DNA from: a virus
Lineage: Duplodnaviria; Heunggongvirae; Uroviricota; Caudoviricetes
Strand: one strand, 5' to 3'
IMG/VR virus record: IMGVR_UViG_2562617057_000005
Length of the DNA: 39,213 nt
Within the stretch, counting starts at the first letter, position 1, and each line of letters starts with the position of its first letter. Of this stretch, positions 17,034 to 27,160 are shown piece after piece. The position numbers were made by a program, and so were the translations under genes. Under the pieces are notes generated by a model. It had not been told where the DNA came from, did not search any database, and saw only the letters and a list, made by a program, of their open reading frames with translations.

Positions 17034-18346
17034 CAGCAGCCATTCAGCTGTATCCCTACCAGCAGGCGTGGTTTCTGGATCGTGCCCGTTTCAAGATTGG
17101 TATGTTTGCCCGCCAGACGGGCAAGACGTTCACCACCACGCTGGAACTGGTTGACGACTGTTTTGAAACAGAGGCATCAGGGGGACGCACTCGCTGGGTG
17201 ATCCTCTCGCGCGGGGAACGTCAGGCAAAAGAAGCCATGGTGGAGGGGGTGAAAAAACACTGCAGCGCCTACCGGATGGCGGCCCGTGAAATGGAGAGTT
17301 ATTACAGGGCCGAAAGTGGCGAACGCTACACCATGCTTGAGGTGGAGTTACCCGGTGGCTCCCGTATCACGGCCCTGCCGGCAAATCCCGACACGGCCCG
17401 TGGTTTTGCAGCTAACGTCTTTCTGGATGAGTTCGCCTTCCATGCTGACAGCCGCAAAATCTGGACCGCCCTGTTTCCGGTCATTTCCAACGGCTACAGA
17501 CTGCGTGTGACATCGACGCCGAACGGCAAGGGAAACAAGTTTTATGAACTGATGACCAGCAACGCCCTTGAAAATGTCTGGTCACGTCACATCGTGGATA
17601 TTTACCGTGCCGTGCGCGACGGCCTTCCGCGTGACATTGCACAGATGCGACAGGCGCTCAACGATGATGACGCCTGGGCACAGGAGTTTGAACTGAAGTG
17701 GCTGGATGAGGCATCGGCCTGGCTGACGTTTGAACTGATTGACGGCGTGGAGCACGATGCTGCCGGGTTGCCGGTGCACTATACGGGTGGCCCCTGCTTT
17801 GTGGGGGTGGATATTGCTGTCCGTAATGACCTGTTTGTGATCTGGGTGCTTGAACAGGTGGGGGATGTCTACTGGACCCGGGAAATCATCACCCGTAAAC
17901 GGGCCACCTTTGCTGAGCAGGATGCTTTGCTGGATGACGTATTTTTCCGTTATCGCGTGCTGCGCTGCTGTATGGATCAGACAGGAATGGGGGAAAAGCC
18001 TGTGGAAGATGCTCAGGAGCGCCACGGCAGGAGTCGTGTGGAGGGGGTGATATTTAACAGCCCGAACAAGCTCACCCTCGCGACCCGTGGCAGGGAGATG
18101 TTTGAGGACCGCCGCCTGCGTATTCCGGCGGGAGATGTGGTACTGCGCAGTGATCTGCATAAACTCCGTAAGATCACCGGACCTACCGGAGCGCCTCGCT
18201 TTGTGGCGGAAAGTGATGCAGCAGGTCACGCCGACCGTACATGGGCCTGTTTTCTGGCTATTAACGCCACTGACGGACCGTCAGGGCCGGTGGTGGCGCG
18301 TTCGCGGCGCCGCCGTGAAGCCGCCCACATGCTGGAGGGATTCTGA
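17030..18346 (+). CDS. terminase large subunit (Mu gp28-like)
   Basis: 438 aa with ATPase-like N-terminus (ARQTGKTF) and a C-terminal nuclease-like region; start overlaps the small-subunit stop. Confidence 0.8.
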   Translation: MTAAIQLYPYQQAWFLDRARFKIGMFARQTGKTFTTTLELVDDCFETEASGGRTRWVILSRGERQAKEAMVEGVKKHCSAYRMAAREMESYYRAESGERYTMLEVELPGGSRITALPANPDTARGFAANVFLDEFAFHADSRKIWTALFPVISNGYRLRVTSTPNGKGNKFYELMTSNALENVWSRHIVDIYRAVRDGLPRDIAQMRQALNDDDAWAQEFELKWLDEASAWLTFELIDGVEHDAAGLPVHYTGGPCFVGVDIAVRNDLFVIWVLEQVGDVYWTREIITRKRATFAEQDALLDDVFFRYRVLRCCMDQTGMGEKPVEDAQERHGRSRVEGVIFNSPNKLTLATRGREMFEDRRLRIPAGDVVLRSDLHKLRKITGPTGAPRFVAESDAAGHADRTWACFLAINATDGPSGPVVARSRRRREAAHMLEGF

Positions 18347-19842
18347 TGGCAAAAGGTATCTGGGTTTCACCCGATGAATTTGTTGCTTTTTCTGAGCCTC
18401 AGAAATCACTGACCGCGCAGATTGCCTCCCGCAGCCGCGCGATCGACTTTTACGGACTGGGCATGTATCTGCCCAATCCTGATCCCATTCTCAAGGCTCA
18501 GGGACGGGATATCCGTATCTACCGCGAACTGCGCACCGACCCGCTGGTCGGGGGCTGTATCCGCAGACGTAAAGCAGCGCTCAAATCACTGGAGCGTGGA
18601 CTGGAGCGCGGTCACGCTTCTGCCCGGGTCTTCCGTTTCATCCGCGACATGCTCGACGATCTGGATCTGTCCCGCATCATCGGTGAGATGAGCGATGCCG
18701 TGCTCTACGGGTATCAGCCCTGTGAAATCATGTGGGGGCGTTCGGTCAGGGCGTGGGCGGTGACGGATATTGTCGGCAAACCGCCTGAGTGGTTTCAGTT
18801 TGATACAGACAACTGCCTGCGCTTCCGGGCACGTGATGCGGGTGTGGAGGGTGAGCTGTTGTCACCGTCAAAATTCGTGGTGCCGGCACAGGATGCATCC
18901 TATGACAATCCTTACGGTTTTCCGGATCTGTCCATGTGCTTCTGGCCGGTCGCCTTCAAGAAAGGCGGGATGAAATTCTGGCTCCGCTTTGCCGAAAAGT
19001 TTGGCTCCCCGTGGGTGATCGGTAAGCACCCGAGGGGTGCAAATGATGCAGAGATTGAAAAACTGCTGGACTCCATGGAGCAGATGGTGGAGGACGCGGT
19101 GGCCGCCATCCCCGATGACAGCAGCATCGAACTCAAAGCCGCGGATGGCAAGGCGGACAGCAGCGAGGTATTCCGCGAGCTGATCACGCTGTCACGCAGT
19201 GAGATCTCCATTGCATTACTCGGTCAGAATCAGACCACGGAAGCGAACAGTAACAAGGCCTCTGCACAGGCCGGGCTGGAGGTAACGGCTGATATCCGCG
19301 ATGCGGATGCGGACATCATTCAGGCGGCAGTGAATCAGGTCATCAGAACGGTGGTCACCCTGAACTTCGGCGATGTGCCGTGTCCGGTCTGGGCCATGTG
19401 GGAACAGGAGGCCATTGATGACACCCGTGCCACCCGCGACGAAAAACTCACCCGGGCGGGTCTGCGTCTGACCCCGCAATACTTTAAGCGTGAGTACCAG
19501 CTGCAGGACGGCGATATTGACGAGACACCACCGTCAGAACGCGAGAAGAACATGTTGCCGCTGTCATTTGCCGAGGCGATTGATGCCGATATTCAGGCTC
19601 AGCAGCAGCTTGACGACGCGCTGGACATTCTGATGAACGGAGGCGCGTTAAATGGCACGCTGGAACCCGTCCTGGCACCTCTGTTTAAGCGGGTCGAAAA
19701 TGGGGTTAACCCGTCTGAGCTGCTGGGCGAACTGGCGGAGCTCTACCCTCAGATGAACACGGACGATCTGCAGGAACGGCTGGCCCGCATTCTCTTTGTG
19801 GCAAATATCTGGGGGCGTCTGCATGAGCGTGACAACGGCTGA
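18346..19842 (+). CDS. portal protein (Mu gp29-like, DUF935 family)
   Basis: 498 aa directly after the terminase, GGAGGG upstream; size and position typical of Mu-like portals. Confidence 0.8.
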   Translation: MAKGIWVSPDEFVAFSEPQKSLTAQIASRSRAIDFYGLGMYLPNPDPILKAQGRDIRIYRELRTDPLVGGCIRRRKAALKSLERGLERGHASARVFRFIRDMLDDLDLSRIIGEMSDAVLYGYQPCEIMWGRSVRAWAVTDIVGKPPEWFQFDTDNCLRFRARDAGVEGELLSPSKFVVPAQDASYDNPYGFPDLSMCFWPVAFKKGGMKFWLRFAEKFGSPWVIGKHPRGANDAEIEKLLDSMEQMVEDAVAAIPDDSSIELKAADGKADSSEVFRELITLSRSEISIALLGQNQTTEANSNKASAQAGLEVTADIRDADADIIQAAVNQVIRTVVTLNFGDVPCPVWAMWEQEAIDDTRATRDEKLTRAGLRLTPQYFKREYQLQDGDIDETPPSEREKNMLPLSFAEAIDADIQAQQQLDDALDILMNGGALNGTLEPVLAPLFKRVENGVNPSELLGELAELYPQMNTDDLQERLARILFVANIWGRLHERDNG

Positions 19843-20644
19843 ACTGGCGTACTGCATGACGCTTCCCCCGAAGCGGGCAATCAGCTACCTGAAGTCCAAA
19901 GGGTATCAGATTACCTGGGACTGGGAAGAAATGTGGCAGGAAGCCCATGCCCGCGCCTTTACCGTCGCTAAAGTGACCCGCCTGGATATCCTGGAAGATA
20001 TTCGTGGGACACTGCAGCAGGCTGTCGATGAAGGAAAAACCGATCGCTGGTTCCGGCAGGAGCTGGAGCCGGCGCTGAAGCGCAGGGGATGGTGGGGACC
20101 GAGTGACACGACTGACCCGGTAACGGGTGAGCCGGTCACCATTCAGCAGGGCAGTTCGTGGCGGCTCGATACCATCTTTCGCACCAATATGTCCGTACTC
20201 TACAGCGCCGGTCGTTGGGCGGAACAGATGGAAAACGTCGACGACAGGCCGTACTGGATGTATACCGGCATCAACGACAGCCATACCCGCAGGAGCCATC
20301 TGGCGCTGCATGGTCTGGTGCTGCGCTGGGATGACCCGTTCTGGCAGGCATTTTACCCGCCGAACGGCTGGCGCTGCCGCTGTAGTGTGATTGCCCTGAG
20401 TGCGGCGGATGTACGTGCCCGTGGCCTGAAGGTTATCAGCTCCGGCTCTGCCATGGGCCATGAACTGAAACTGGTCTCAGAGAAAACCGGCGAAATGCGG
20501 AACGTGGCCACCTTTAATACCGGCACCACGAAGGTGACCACCGACGTCGGCTGGTCTTATGCACCGGGGGCAGCATACCGTCCCGACCTTGCCCGCTATC
20601 AGGGTACGCTTCAGCCACTGGCACAACAGGAACTGAGAGGATAA
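19823..20644 (+). CDS. head morphogenesis protein (Mu F-like)
   Basis: Start at the ATG overlapping the portal end; WRCRC motif; position after portal. Confidence 0.8.
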   Translation: MSVTTAELAYCMTLPPKRAISYLKSKGYQITWDWEEMWQEAHARAFTVAKVTRLDILEDIRGTLQQAVDEGKTDRWFRQELEPALKRRGWWGPSDTTDPVTGEPVTIQQGSSWRLDTIFRTNMSVLYSAGRWAEQMENVDDRPYWMYTGINDSHTRRSHLALHGLVLRWDDPFWQAFYPPNGWRCRCSVIALSAADVRARGLKVISSGSAMGHELKLVSEKTGEMRNVATFNTGTTKVTTDVGWSYAPGAAYRPDLARYQGTLQPLAQQELRG

Positions 20645-20646
20645 CA

Positions 20647-21105
20647 ATGGCTTCCGACAATCTGGTCAGTATCTCCATTAACGATGACTCCCTGCGCCGG
20701 AGCCTCCGTGCGCTGGATCTTGCTGCCACAGACATGGAGCCCGCGATGCGCAAAATCGCCGGAACCCTGCTGGCGGAAACACAGTTTAACTTTCTTGATG
20801 AGGGGCGTCCGGGGTGGATGCCCTCGCTGGCAGCGGAAGAACGTGACGGACAGACACTGCAGGATACCGGGCGTCTGATGGGGTCAGTATCAACCGACCA
20901 TGACGACCGGCAGGCTGTTGTGGGGACCAACGTTGTTTACGGTGCCATTCACCAGTTCGGGGGTAAAACGGGGCGTAATGAGTCCGTTGAACTTCCGGCC
21001 CGCCCGTTCCTGCCGGTGACGGGGGATGGAGAACTACAGCCTGAAGTGGTAATCCCCATCCTCGATACCATTGTCCGCCATCTTGAATCAGCGGCCCGTC
21101 GCTGA
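20647..21105 (+). CDS. virion morphogenesis protein (Mu G-like)
   Basis: 152 aa at the Mu G position; GAGAGG ribosome-binding site. Confidence 0.75.
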   Translation: MASDNLVSISINDDSLRRSLRALDLAATDMEPAMRKIAGTLLAETQFNFLDEGRPGWMPSLAAEERDGQTLQDTGRLMGSVSTDHDDRQAVVGTNVVYGAIHQFGGKTGRNESVELPARPFLPVTGDGELQPEVVIPILDTIVRHLESAARR

Positions 21106-21319
21106 GGTTTCTCCCTTCAGGCGGGTGATTTATCATTGCCAGCAACTGAGGGGCTGTATTACCTTTATAAAGGCTTTACAGCCTCTGTTTTATAACCGCC
21201 TCCGGTTCACCGCATTGCTTTCCCTGTCCTTCTCCCCTGATGTTTTCTAAAGCAGATTAAAATCGCCGGGCCTGCATTTCTCACAAACTGTCTCCGACAA
21301 CATAACGCGGGACAGCAAA
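21106..21319. promoter_or_regulatory. G-I intergenic region: candidate late promoter and/or central gyrase-site-like element; contains a dyad
   Basis: 214-bp non-coding gap in an otherwise tightly packed operon. Dyad GCTGTA-TTA-CCTTTATAAAGG-CTT-TACAGC at about 21153-21182 with a perfect 12-bp core. Confidence 0.35.
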
Positions 21320-22435
21320 ATGTCAGCCATTCACATTTTTAAAGCCGGTACTCATACCGATATGCACGGCAAAAAACTGCCGTTCACGCCAGACGATCTT
21401 GCCGCCTGCGTGAAAGCCTATGACCCGTCCGTCCATGAAGCACCACTCGTGATTGGTCATCCCAGAACGGAAGACCCGGCGTGGGGCTGGGTGAAAACCC
21501 TGTCGCTCAGCGGCGTCGATCTGATGGCAGAGCCTGCCCAACTGGACCCGCAGTTTGCTGAGATGGTCACCGACGGACGATTCAAAAAAGTGTCCGCCTC
21601 TTTTTACCTCCCGGATTCACCGTCCAATCCGAAGCCCGGCGTACTCTACCTGCGCCATGTGGGCTTTCTCGGGGCACAGCCACCTTCCGTCAAAGGGCTG
21701 AAACAGGTGTCCTTCAGTGAGCAGGAAGAAGGTGTGGTGGAGTTCGCCGACTGGCAGGCCATCACGAATGCCTCACTGTGGGGAAAGCTGCGCGATTTTC
21801 TGATCGCCCGCTTCAGTCTGGACGAGGCAGAAAAAGTCCTGCCGGAATGGCAGCTCAACAGTCTGCGCGAAGAGGCGTACCGCGACACACCGTCGCAGGA
21901 TGCAGCAGGTGCGCAATTCAGTGAGACAGGCCAGGTGCCGTCTTCCGCAAGTAACGAGGAATCATCGATGACAAAAGAAGAGATTGAAGCCCTTCAGGAG
22001 GAGAACCGCCACCTGAAGCAGCAGGCTGCTGATCGCGATGCGCGTGATGCACAGGCCAGACAGGAGCAACTGCATAAGGACAATGTGGCCTTTGCAGAAA
22101 AACTGGTCGCAGAGGGTCGTCTGGCTCCCCGCGCCTCCTCCGTGGTGGTTGCCCTGCTGGATGCCGTCGCCGGTGGCGACAAGCCGGTGGAGTTTGCTGA
22201 GGGGGAAAGCCGCACACCGCTGGCCACCGCCTTCCGTTCATTGCTCTCCGACGGGGAGCCGGTGATGAACTTCGCCGAACAGGCCACAAAGGATCGTGTC
22301 GGCGACGCGGTGAAGGTGGATGTGGCGGAGTTTGCGGAAGCCGATCCTGAGCGTCTGGCCCTGCATCAGAAAGCAGTGGCCCTGTCGAAAAAAGAAGGCA
22401 TCAGCTATGAGGCTGCTGTCGCACGCTGCCTGTAA
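21320..22435 (+). CDS. head protease/scaffold protein (Mu I-like)
   Basis: 371 aa; Glu/Ala-rich C-terminal half consistent with a scaffold domain; located between G-like and major capsid genes as in Mu. Confidence 0.8.
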   Translation: MSAIHIFKAGTHTDMHGKKLPFTPDDLAACVKAYDPSVHEAPLVIGHPRTEDPAWGWVKTLSLSGVDLMAEPAQLDPQFAEMVTDGRFKKVSASFYLPDSPSNPKPGVLYLRHVGFLGAQPPSVKGLKQVSFSEQEEGVVEFADWQAITNASLWGKLRDFLIARFSLDEAEKVLPEWQLNSLREEAYRDTPSQDAAGAQFSETGQVPSSASNEESSMTKEEIEALQEENRHLKQQAADRDARDAQARQEQLHKDNVAFAEKLVAEGRLAPRASSVVVALLDAVAGGDKPVEFAEGESRTPLATAFRSLLSDGEPVMNFAEQATKDRVGDAVKVDVAEFAEADPERLALHQKAVALSKKEGISYEAAVARCL

Positions 22436-22449
22436 TTTAAGGAGAGAGC

Positions 22450-23403
22450 ATGTCTGATTACTTAAAAGGTAAACGTGTCGTTGATCCGGTACTGACCAGT
22501 ATCGCCCGTGGCTATAAAAATGCTGCATTCATCGGCGAACGTATTTTCCCCGTCGTGCTGACGGACAAGGAAGGCGTGCGTGTACCGACCTTCGGAAAAA
22601 CCGCCTTTGTGGAATATGACACCGAGCGTGCCGTCGGGGCGGACAGCAACGTTCTGGTCCGTGAGAAAACCGGCACACTGGACCTGGTACTGGGTGAGCA
22701 CGATCTGGCTGCACCGGTGGACTATCGCGAGCAGGCGGAGTCCATGTTTAACGAGGAGAGCAAGGCCATCCGTCGCGCCACGAATGGCGTGAACCTGCGC
22801 CGTGAACTTATCGCTGCCCGTCTGGCTCAGGATGAAAAGGTCTACCGTACCGGCCATGTAAAAAAACTGACAGCCAGTGAGCGCTGGGCCGGTGGTAAGG
22901 GTAACCCCATCGGGGTGATTGAAGCCGGTATGGAAGCGGTCCGTACGGCCACGGGGCTGCGTCCTAACCTGATGACCATGGGTGCCGGCGTGATGGCGCT
23001 GCTGAAATTCCACCCGGCACTTCAGGCGGCTATAGGGGCCAACGAACGCAAGCGCATCACCACGGAGATCCTGCAGGACCTCTTTCAGATCGAAGAGATC
23101 GTCATCGGTGCCCCTGTCTCCCTGCCATCCATGAAAGCGGCGATGGATAAGGACAGCGTGCCGGCGGATATCTGGGGAGACAACCTGATGCTGCACTACG
23201 TCGGCAAGCCGCAGCCGGGGGCGGACAGCGCGGACGAGAACGAGCCGTCCTTCGGCTACACCCTGCGTCGTAAGGGGATGCCTGTTGCAGACAAATACGA
23301 CGGGGCCGGCGGCAAGGTGAAGTACTGCCGTTATACCGATATCTACAAAGTCGCCGTGGTGGGTGGCGATGCCGGGTATCTCATCACCGGTATCAGTAAA
23401 TAA
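22450..23403 (+). CDS. major capsid protein (Mu T-like)
   Basis: 317 aa after the protease/scaffold gene; AAGGAG ribosome-binding site; size typical of Mu major head subunit. Confidence 0.85.
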   Translation: MSDYLKGKRVVDPVLTSIARGYKNAAFIGERIFPVVLTDKEGVRVPTFGKTAFVEYDTERAVGADSNVLVREKTGTLDLVLGEHDLAAPVDYREQAESMFNEESKAIRRATNGVNLRRELIAARLAQDEKVYRTGHVKKLTASERWAGGKGNPIGVIEAGMEAVRTATGLRPNLMTMGAGVMALLKFHPALQAAIGANERKRITTEILQDLFQIEEIVIGAPVSLPSMKAAMDKDSVPADIWGDNLMLHYVGKPQPGADSADENEPSFGYTLRRKGMPVADKYDGAGGKVKYCRYTDIYKVAVVGGDAGYLITGISK

Positions 23404-23412
23404 GGAGGCGTT

Positions 23413-23751
23413 ATGGGAACCACTCAGCAGGTCATTCTGATCACAACCGTAACGGCAGGGGCAGAACTGGCACAGCAGCGTTTTGTCGGGGCAGATAATA
23501 CCCCCTGTAAAGCCGGTGCCGCAGCGCTCGGGGTTGCCGAAGTGGATGCTGTTACCGGCGACAGTACGCCGGTTAGCGTTCTGGGCATTATTGCTGTTGA
23601 GGCCGGTGCTGCGGTCAGCAGTGGTGTGGCTGTTCAGTCAGATGCTCAGGCCAGAGCCGTGCCGCAGTCCGGCGACGGTAAATCCTGTGGTATTGCACTT
23701 GATGAAGCCGGGGGTGAAGGCGACGTCATTCGTATCCTGCGCGGGGTGTGA
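23413..23751 (+). CDS. hypothetical head protein (112 aa, Gly/Ala/Val-rich; DUF2190-like?)
   Basis: AAGGAGG ribosome-binding site; follows the capsid gene. Confidence 0.6.
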   Translation: MGTTQQVILITTVTAGAELAQQRFVGADNTPCKAGAAALGVAEVDAVTGDSTPVSVLGIIAVEAGAAVSSGVAVQSDAQARAVPQSGDGKSCGIALDEAGGEGDVIRILRGV

Positions 23752-23752
23752 C

Positions 23753-24199
23753 ATGTACTGCACCCTGGAGGATTTGCTTGAGCAGGTGCCGGAACGAACG
23801 CTGATCGAGCTCACCAGTGAAGAGATGGACTTCGACTCGCCTGCGACAGTGAATACCCGTGTGGTGGAGAGCTGTATCCGCTATGCCGACGAGCTGATTG
23901 ATGCCCATCTGCGCGGACGCTATATCCTGCCGCTGGCGGAGATACCGACCGTTCTGCGGGACATTGCCATCACGCTGGTCCGTTACCGGCTCTACGCCCG
24001 CCGCCCGGAAGGTGACCTCCCGGATACGGTGAAGGATGACCACAAAGAAGCGCTGCGGCAACTGAAGGAGTTACGTGATAACAGGCTTACGCTGGGGCTG
24101 CCGTCCACTCAGAAAGATGTGCCTGAGCCAGGAGAGTTTCGTGTACGCAGCCGCCCGGCCACTTTCGGCGGTCGTGACGGCTTACTGGAGAAATACTGA
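23753..24199 (+). CDS. head-completion/connector-like protein (Mu gp36-like)
   Basis: Internal ATG of track ORF 23483..24199, beginning right after the upstream stop. Confidence 0.6.
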   Translation: MYCTLEDLLEQVPERTLIELTSEEMDFDSPATVNTRVVESCIRYADELIDAHLRGRYILPLAEIPTVLRDIAITLVRYRLYARRPEGDLPDTVKDDHKEALRQLKELRDNRLTLGLPSTQKDVPEPGEFRVRSRPATFGGRDGLLEKY

Positions 24200-24663
24200 T
24201 GAATGTTCTGCCCGTCCTTGATGCGGTACTGGCCCGGTTACGCGAGAAGCTGCCTCAGCTGCAGGTTGAGTACTTCCCGGAAAAGCCGTCCGAATATCGC
24301 CTCAATCATTCTGTCGGGGCGTTGCTGCTGAGCTATGCAGGATCGCGTTTCGACAGGCCGGATGATACCGGTGCGGTGATCCAGCCTCAGACTATCCAGC
24401 TCTGCGTCACGGTGGTCTTCCGCCAGCTCAACGGTAAAAAAGGGGCGATTAATGTCCTGGATGCTGTCCGCCGCATTCTCGGTGGCCACACTCCGCCCGG
24501 CTGCCGCCGCCGTATCTGGCTGACCCGCGAGGTGTTTATCGGTGAAGTCAGGGGGCTTTGGCAATACGCCCTCGACTTCGCGACTGAAAGCGTCTTTATC
24601 GAAGACAGCGATTTACCGTCCGGCCCGCTGTTAACCGAAGTGAACTATGAGGAAAGCGAGTGA
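24199..24663 (+). CDS. hypothetical virion protein (Mu gp37-like)
   Basis: 154 aa; start overlaps the upstream stop. Confidence 0.6.
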   Translation: MNVLPVLDAVLARLREKLPQLQVEYFPEKPSEYRLNHSVGALLLSYAGSRFDRPDDTGAVIQPQTIQLCVTVVFRQLNGKKGAINVLDAVRRILGGHTPPGCRRRIWLTREVFIGEVRGLWQYALDFATESVFIEDSDLPSGPLLTEVNYEESE

Positions 24664-24914
24664 TGAAAGAATACCGCTATTCCGGCCCGGCCAGCGGCGT
24701 CACGCTGTCGGACGGAACCGAAATCCTGCTCTGGCCGGGGAAGACTGTTTCCCTGCCGGAGGAGCATGACTACGTGAAGGTACTGGTGGCGCTGAAGCAT
24801 CTGACGCCGGTATCTGAAGAAACTAAACCCGCCGGCACACCGGCTGTGCAGTCACCAAAGCGCAGGAACGGCGGTGACAGCGAGGTGAAAACGGAGGATG
24901 CCCATGTCAGCTAA
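24660..24914 (+). CDS. hypothetical virion protein (84 aa)
   Basis: Small ORF between head-completion genes and the sheath gene. Confidence 0.55.
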   Translation: MMKEYRYSGPASGVTLSDGTEILLWPGKTVSLPEEHDYVKVLVALKHLTPVSEETKPAGTPAVQSPKRRNGGDSEVKTEDAHVS

Positions 24915-26331
24915 CTATCTGCATGGTCCCGAAACCATTGAAGTGGAAAACGGTGCCCGCCCGGTTAAAACGGTGAAATCTGCCGTTATTGGCCTGATTG
25001 GTACCGCACCAATGGGGGATGTCAATACGCTGGTACAGTGCCTGTCTGAGAAAGACGCTGCAGCATTTGGCAGCCAGTTCAACGGCTTTACCATTCCGCA
25101 GGCGCTGGATGCGATTTATGACCATGGTGCAGGCACCGTTCTGGTCATTAACGTACTCGATCCGTCTGTGCATAAAACCGCTGTGGTCAGTGAGAATGTG
25201 TCGTTCGACAAGGCGACAGGCAGAGCCCGGCTGGCTAATCCGGTGGTCGCGCAGCTGGTACTGAAACCGGACAGCGACGGTCAGCCTTATGTTGAAGGTC
25301 AGGACTACTCGCTTGATGCACAGACCGGGGTGATTACTAACCTGGGTAAAAGCATTGCTGCAGATGCAACGGTGAAGGCCAGCTATAACTATGCTGATCC
25401 GACCAGAGTCACCCCGGCTGATATCATCGGTGCCGTTAACGCGGCGGGCAACCGTACCGGCATGAAGCTGCTTAACGACAGTTTTAACCTGTTTGGCTAC
25501 TTCGCCAAAATCCTGATTGCGCCGGTATTCTGCACCCAGAACAGCGTCTCGGTTGAGCTTATCGCCATGGCTGAGAAACTGGGAGCAGTAACCTATATTG
25601 ATGCGCCGGTTGGTACCACTTTTGCGCAGGCTCTGGCGGGACGTGGCCCGGAAGGCACCATTAATTTCAATACCAGCTCTGACCGTGTCCGCCTGTGCTA
25701 CCCGCATGTGAAGGTATATGACCCGGTGACAAACACGGAGCGTCTGGAGCCACTGAGCCAGCGTGCGGCGGGCCTGCGTGCCAGAGTCGACCTGGACAAA
25801 GGGTACTGGTGGTCATCCTCCAATCAGGAAATTCTGGGGATCACCGGCGTGGAGCGCCAGCTGTCGGCAATGATTGACGATCCGCAGAGCGAGGTGAACC
25901 TGCTTAACGAACAGGGGATCACCACGGTATTCAGCAGTTACGGCAGCGGCCTTCGTCTGTGGGGTAACCGGACGGCAGCATGGCCAACGGTCACCCATAT
26001 GCGTAACTTTGAGAACGTTCGCCGCACCGGTGATGTGATCAACGAGTCCATTCGTTACTTCAGCCAGCAGTACATCGACATGCCGATTACTCAGGCGCTG
26101 ATTGATGCACTGACGGAGTCGGTCAACGCCTACGGTCGCAAAATGACTGGTGATGGTGCGGTACTGGGCTTCCGTTGCTGGTTTGATCCGGCCCGCAATC
26201 CGGAGACGGAGCTGGCCGCCGGTCACCTGTTGCTGAGCTACAAATACACGCCGCCGCCACCGCTGGAGCGGCTGACGTATGAGACGGAGATCACCTCGGA
26301 ATACCTGTTAACCCTGAAAGGGGGCAACTGA
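24904..26331 (+). CDS. contractile tail sheath protein (P2 FI / Mu L-like)
   Basis: Start at the ATG 8 nt after GGAGG; N-terminal MSANYLHGPETIEV...SAVIGLIGTAP and C-terminal YKYTPPPPLE parallel P2 FI (YDYTPVPPLE). Confidence 0.9.
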   Translation: MSANYLHGPETIEVENGARPVKTVKSAVIGLIGTAPMGDVNTLVQCLSEKDAAAFGSQFNGFTIPQALDAIYDHGAGTVLVINVLDPSVHKTAVVSENVSFDKATGRARLANPVVAQLVLKPDSDGQPYVEGQDYSLDAQTGVITNLGKSIAADATVKASYNYADPTRVTPADIIGAVNAAGNRTGMKLLNDSFNLFGYFAKILIAPVFCTQNSVSVELIAMAEKLGAVTYIDAPVGTTFAQALAGRGPEGTINFNTSSDRVRLCYPHVKVYDPVTNTERLEPLSQRAAGLRARVDLDKGYWWSSSNQEILGITGVERQLSAMIDDPQSEVNLLNEQGITTVFSSYGSGLRLWGNRTAAWPTVTHMRNFENVRRTGDVINESIRYFSQQYIDMPITQALIDALTESVNAYGRKMTGDGAVLGFRCWFDPARNPETELAAGHLLLSYKYTPPPPLERLTYETEITSEYLLTLKGGN

Positions 26332-26852
26332 TGTCAAAGATTGAGATAAACCGAATCACGAATGCCAACATCTATCTGGATGGTACTAACCTGCTGGGAC
26401 GGGCTGAGGAAGTTAAACTCCCCGATGTCTCCATGATTATGCAGGAACACAAGGCACTGGGGATGGTGGGTAAGGTGGAACTCCCGGCTGGTTTTGACAA
26501 ACTGGAAGGCGAAATCAAATGGAACAGCTTTTACCGCGATGCGATGCTGTCTGCCGCGAACCCGTACAGGTCGCTGGCGCTGCAGTGTCGCTCAAGCGTC
26601 CAGCGCTACAGTTCGCAGGGGCTGATCGACGAAATCCCGCTGGTCACCTTCCTGACGATTATGTTCAAGAAGAACCCGCTGGGGACGTTCAAACAGCACG
26701 AGAACGCCGAGTTCTCCAGTAGCTTCACCTGCACGTATATCAGACAGGTACTGGATGGTGAAGAGCTGCTGCAACTGGACTATCTGGCCAACATCTTCCG
26801 GGTCGGTGGCGTTGACCAGCTGACTGACTACCGTATCAATATCGGGGGCTGA
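26331..26852 (+). CDS. tail tube protein (P2 FII / Mu M-like)
   Basis: 173 aa directly after the sheath gene with overlapping stop/start. Confidence 0.85.
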   Translation: MSKIEINRITNANIYLDGTNLLGRAEEVKLPDVSMIMQEHKALGMVGKVELPAGFDKLEGEIKWNSFYRDAMLSAANPYRSLALQCRSSVQRYSSQGLIDEIPLVTFLTIMFKKNPLGTFKQHENAEFSSSFTCTYIRQVLDGEELLQLDYLANIFRVGGVDQLTDYRINIGG

Positions 26853-27131
26853 CGGTGAGCGTTGAACTGACTGACAAAGGGGGGGCGCTGTGCGTCACCG
26901 GGCATGTCAAATGGTACGTGGTTTACCCTCCTTGATATTCCGGGGGGTAACCCCCGTAAAACCAATGACCCGATTGACTGCACACGTTCAAAGGCCCGCA
27001 AACTGGCCGATTTGATTGAAGCATGGGAGCCGCCCGACCACTGGTTCTCCGGCACAGGCAAAGCGGAGGGAAAGACGCTTCTCATCGCTTTCCTGCGTAA
27101 CTGCAAGGGTTTTCGCACTTGCTGACATCAC

Positions 27132-27160
27132 AGGGGCTCCGGCCCCTTCTTCTTAATCTC
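27132..27160 (+). terminator. possible hairpin terminator/attenuator between tube and chaperone genes
   Basis: Stem AGGGGC / GCCCCT with a 4-nt loop, followed by TCTTCTT. Confidence 0.3.

Noticed and set aside
16181-17043. Minus-strand ORFs (16181..16684, 16332..16892, 16615..17043) over the terminase small-subunit region
   Set aside because: Antisense to plus-strand late genes that have strong ribosome-binding sites; Arg/Pro/Ser-rich junk-like translations.
19706-20461. 251-aa minus-strand ORF inside the portal and F-like genes
   Set aside because: Antisense shadow ORF within confidently called head genes.
22462-23196. 244-aa minus-strand ORF inside the major capsid gene
   Set aside because: Antisense to the capsid gene and rich in His, Arg and Gly.
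24907-26226. Minus-strand ORFs (24907..25707, 25813..26226) inside the tail sheath gene
   Set aside because: Antisense to a gene with clear P2 FI-like identity.
26941-26956. Hairpin CGGGGGG-TAA-CCCCCG as a rho-independent terminator
   Set aside because: No downstream T tract on either strand, so not called as a terminator; kept only as a structural observation.
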